32,000 nt of DNA from Wigglesworthia glossinidia endosymbiont of Glossina morsitans morsitans (Yale colony) (GTDB taxonomy: Bacteria; Pseudomonadota; Gammaproteobacteria; Enterobacterales; Enterobacteriaceae). Below, piece by piece: positions 31,041 through 32,000 of the stretch. The translations under genes and the position numbers were made by a program. The notes under the pieces are model-generated. The model made no database searches. It was given only the letters and a program-made list of their open reading frames with translations, and was not told the DNA's origin. Each line of letters opens with the position of its first letter. Position 1 is the first letter of the stretch. The stretch is from NCBI RefSeq assembly GCF_000247565.1, contig NC_016893.1, positions 660,001 through 692,000 of the forward strand. Direction: 5' to 3'.

Positions 31041-32000
31041 ATGCGTATAAATAAATTATTTTTGTTATCCAGTTTTATTACATTATTATCTCGAATTTTT
31101 GGATTTATTCGAGATGTTGCTATTGCTTCTGTGTTTAGTCCAGGATTAAATACAGATGCTTTTTTTGTATCTTTTAGGATTCCTAATCTTTTAAGAAGAA
31201 TATTTGCAGAAGGTGCATTCTCACAAATTTTTGTACCTATATTAATCGAATATAAAAAAAAACATAATAAGAAAGAAACATATATTTTTATTTCTTGTGT
31301 TTTTAGGTGGTTAGCACTGTTAATTACTCTTATTGCTATTTTAGGAATAATAATTGCTCCTATTTTAGTTATCTTAATTGCTCCAGGATTTACTAAAAAT
31401 TTTGAACAATTTCAATTAACAGTTGCTTTAATTCGTATTTTATTTCCTTATGTAGTATTAATTTCGATTTCTTCTTTATTTGCATCTATTTTAAATTCTT
31501 TCAATCAATTTTTTGTTACTTTAATTTCTCCTATTTTTTTAAATATTAGTATGATTTTATTTGCATTATTTGTAGCACCAAAATTACATGTAAACAATAT
31601 TATTGCTTTAGCTTGGTCAGTATTAATAGGCGGAGCAATGCAGATTTGCTTTAATTTTGTTTTTTTGAAAAAAAATAAAATTAATATAAATTATTTTCGA
31701 TTAAAACAGCCTAAAATTTTAAAAATGTTTATTTTACTTGGTCCTGCTATTTTTGGAATTTCTATTAACCAAATTTTAATTTCAATAAACACTGCTATTT
31801 CTTCTTTTTTTTCTCCAGGCTCTATTTCTTGGATGTATTACGCAGATCGTATTGTTGAACTTCCAATAGGTATTTTAGGAGTATCAATTACTAATATTTT
31901 GTTGCCATATTTATCACGATTTTCATCTAGAAACGAAAATAAAAAATATTCAAACGTTTTATTTTGGGGTATTCGAATATGTTTTTTATGTGTTTTGCCA
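31041..32000 (+). CDS. murJ: Lipid II flippase MurJ (MviN), 3'-truncated by window edge
   Basis: Open frame from the ATG at 31041: MRINKLFLLSSFITLLSRIFGFIRDVAIASVFSPGLNTDAFFVSFRIPNLLRRIFAEGAFSQIFVPILIEY ... ISWMYYADRIVELPIGILGVSI. Not in the supplied ORF track because it runs off the window. Confidence 0.94.
   Translation, partial: MRINKLFLLSSFITLLSRIFGFIRDVAIASVFSPGLNTDAFFVSFRIPNLLRRIFAEGAFSQIFVPILIEYKKKHNKKETYIFISCVFRWLALLITLIAILGIIIAPILVILIAPGFTKNFEQFQLTVALIRILFPYVVLISISSLFASILNSFNQFFVTLISPIFLNISMILFALFVAPKLHVNNIIALAWSVLIGGAMQICFNFVFLKKNKININYFRLKQPKILKMFILLGPAIFGISINQILISINTAISSFFSPGSISWMYYADRIVELPIGILGVSITNILLPYLSRFSSRNENKKYSNVLFWGIRICFLCVLP

Noticed and set aside
1-32000. Search for CRISPR arrays, IS elements, phage genes, toxin-antitoxin or defence systems
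   Set aside because: All substantial ORFs are accounted for by conserved housekeeping genes; no direct-repeat arrays or transposase/integrase motifs seen.

Overview
AT-rich (roughly 25% GC by eye), gene-dense chromosomal segment of a reduced-genome Enterobacterales-type insect endosymbiont. The exact taxon cannot be settled from sequence reading alone. Gene order: lon(partial)-ppiD-[cyoEDCBA]-panE-thiI(rhodanese domain only)-ispA-dxs-[degQ-yhcB-zapE-rplM-rpsI]-tadA-purL-pykA-pitA-pssA-murI-tRNA-Leu(CAA)-hemB-pyrD-murJ(partial). I see no mobile element, CRISPR array, phage or secondary-metabolite locus, and no convincing novel multi-gene system. Best observations: (1) two genes, zapE and pssA, are each split at a single long poly(A) tract (A10 and A11). 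In both, the frame resumes immediately after the tract and key catalytic motifs are retained on the far side, so they look like candidates for polymerase-slippage rescue rather than dead pseudogenes. (2) thiI is reduced to a free-standing C-terminal rhodanese domain with its catalytic Cys kept. With dxs, purL and panE nearby, this suggests selection for thiamine/B-vitamin synthesis after loss of tRNA 4-thiolation. (3) Five convergent gene pairs are separated by only 3-24 bp with no visible terminator. (4) IspA has an altered second Asp-rich motif (DDILN). (5) The cyo block is rearranged relative to E. coli.
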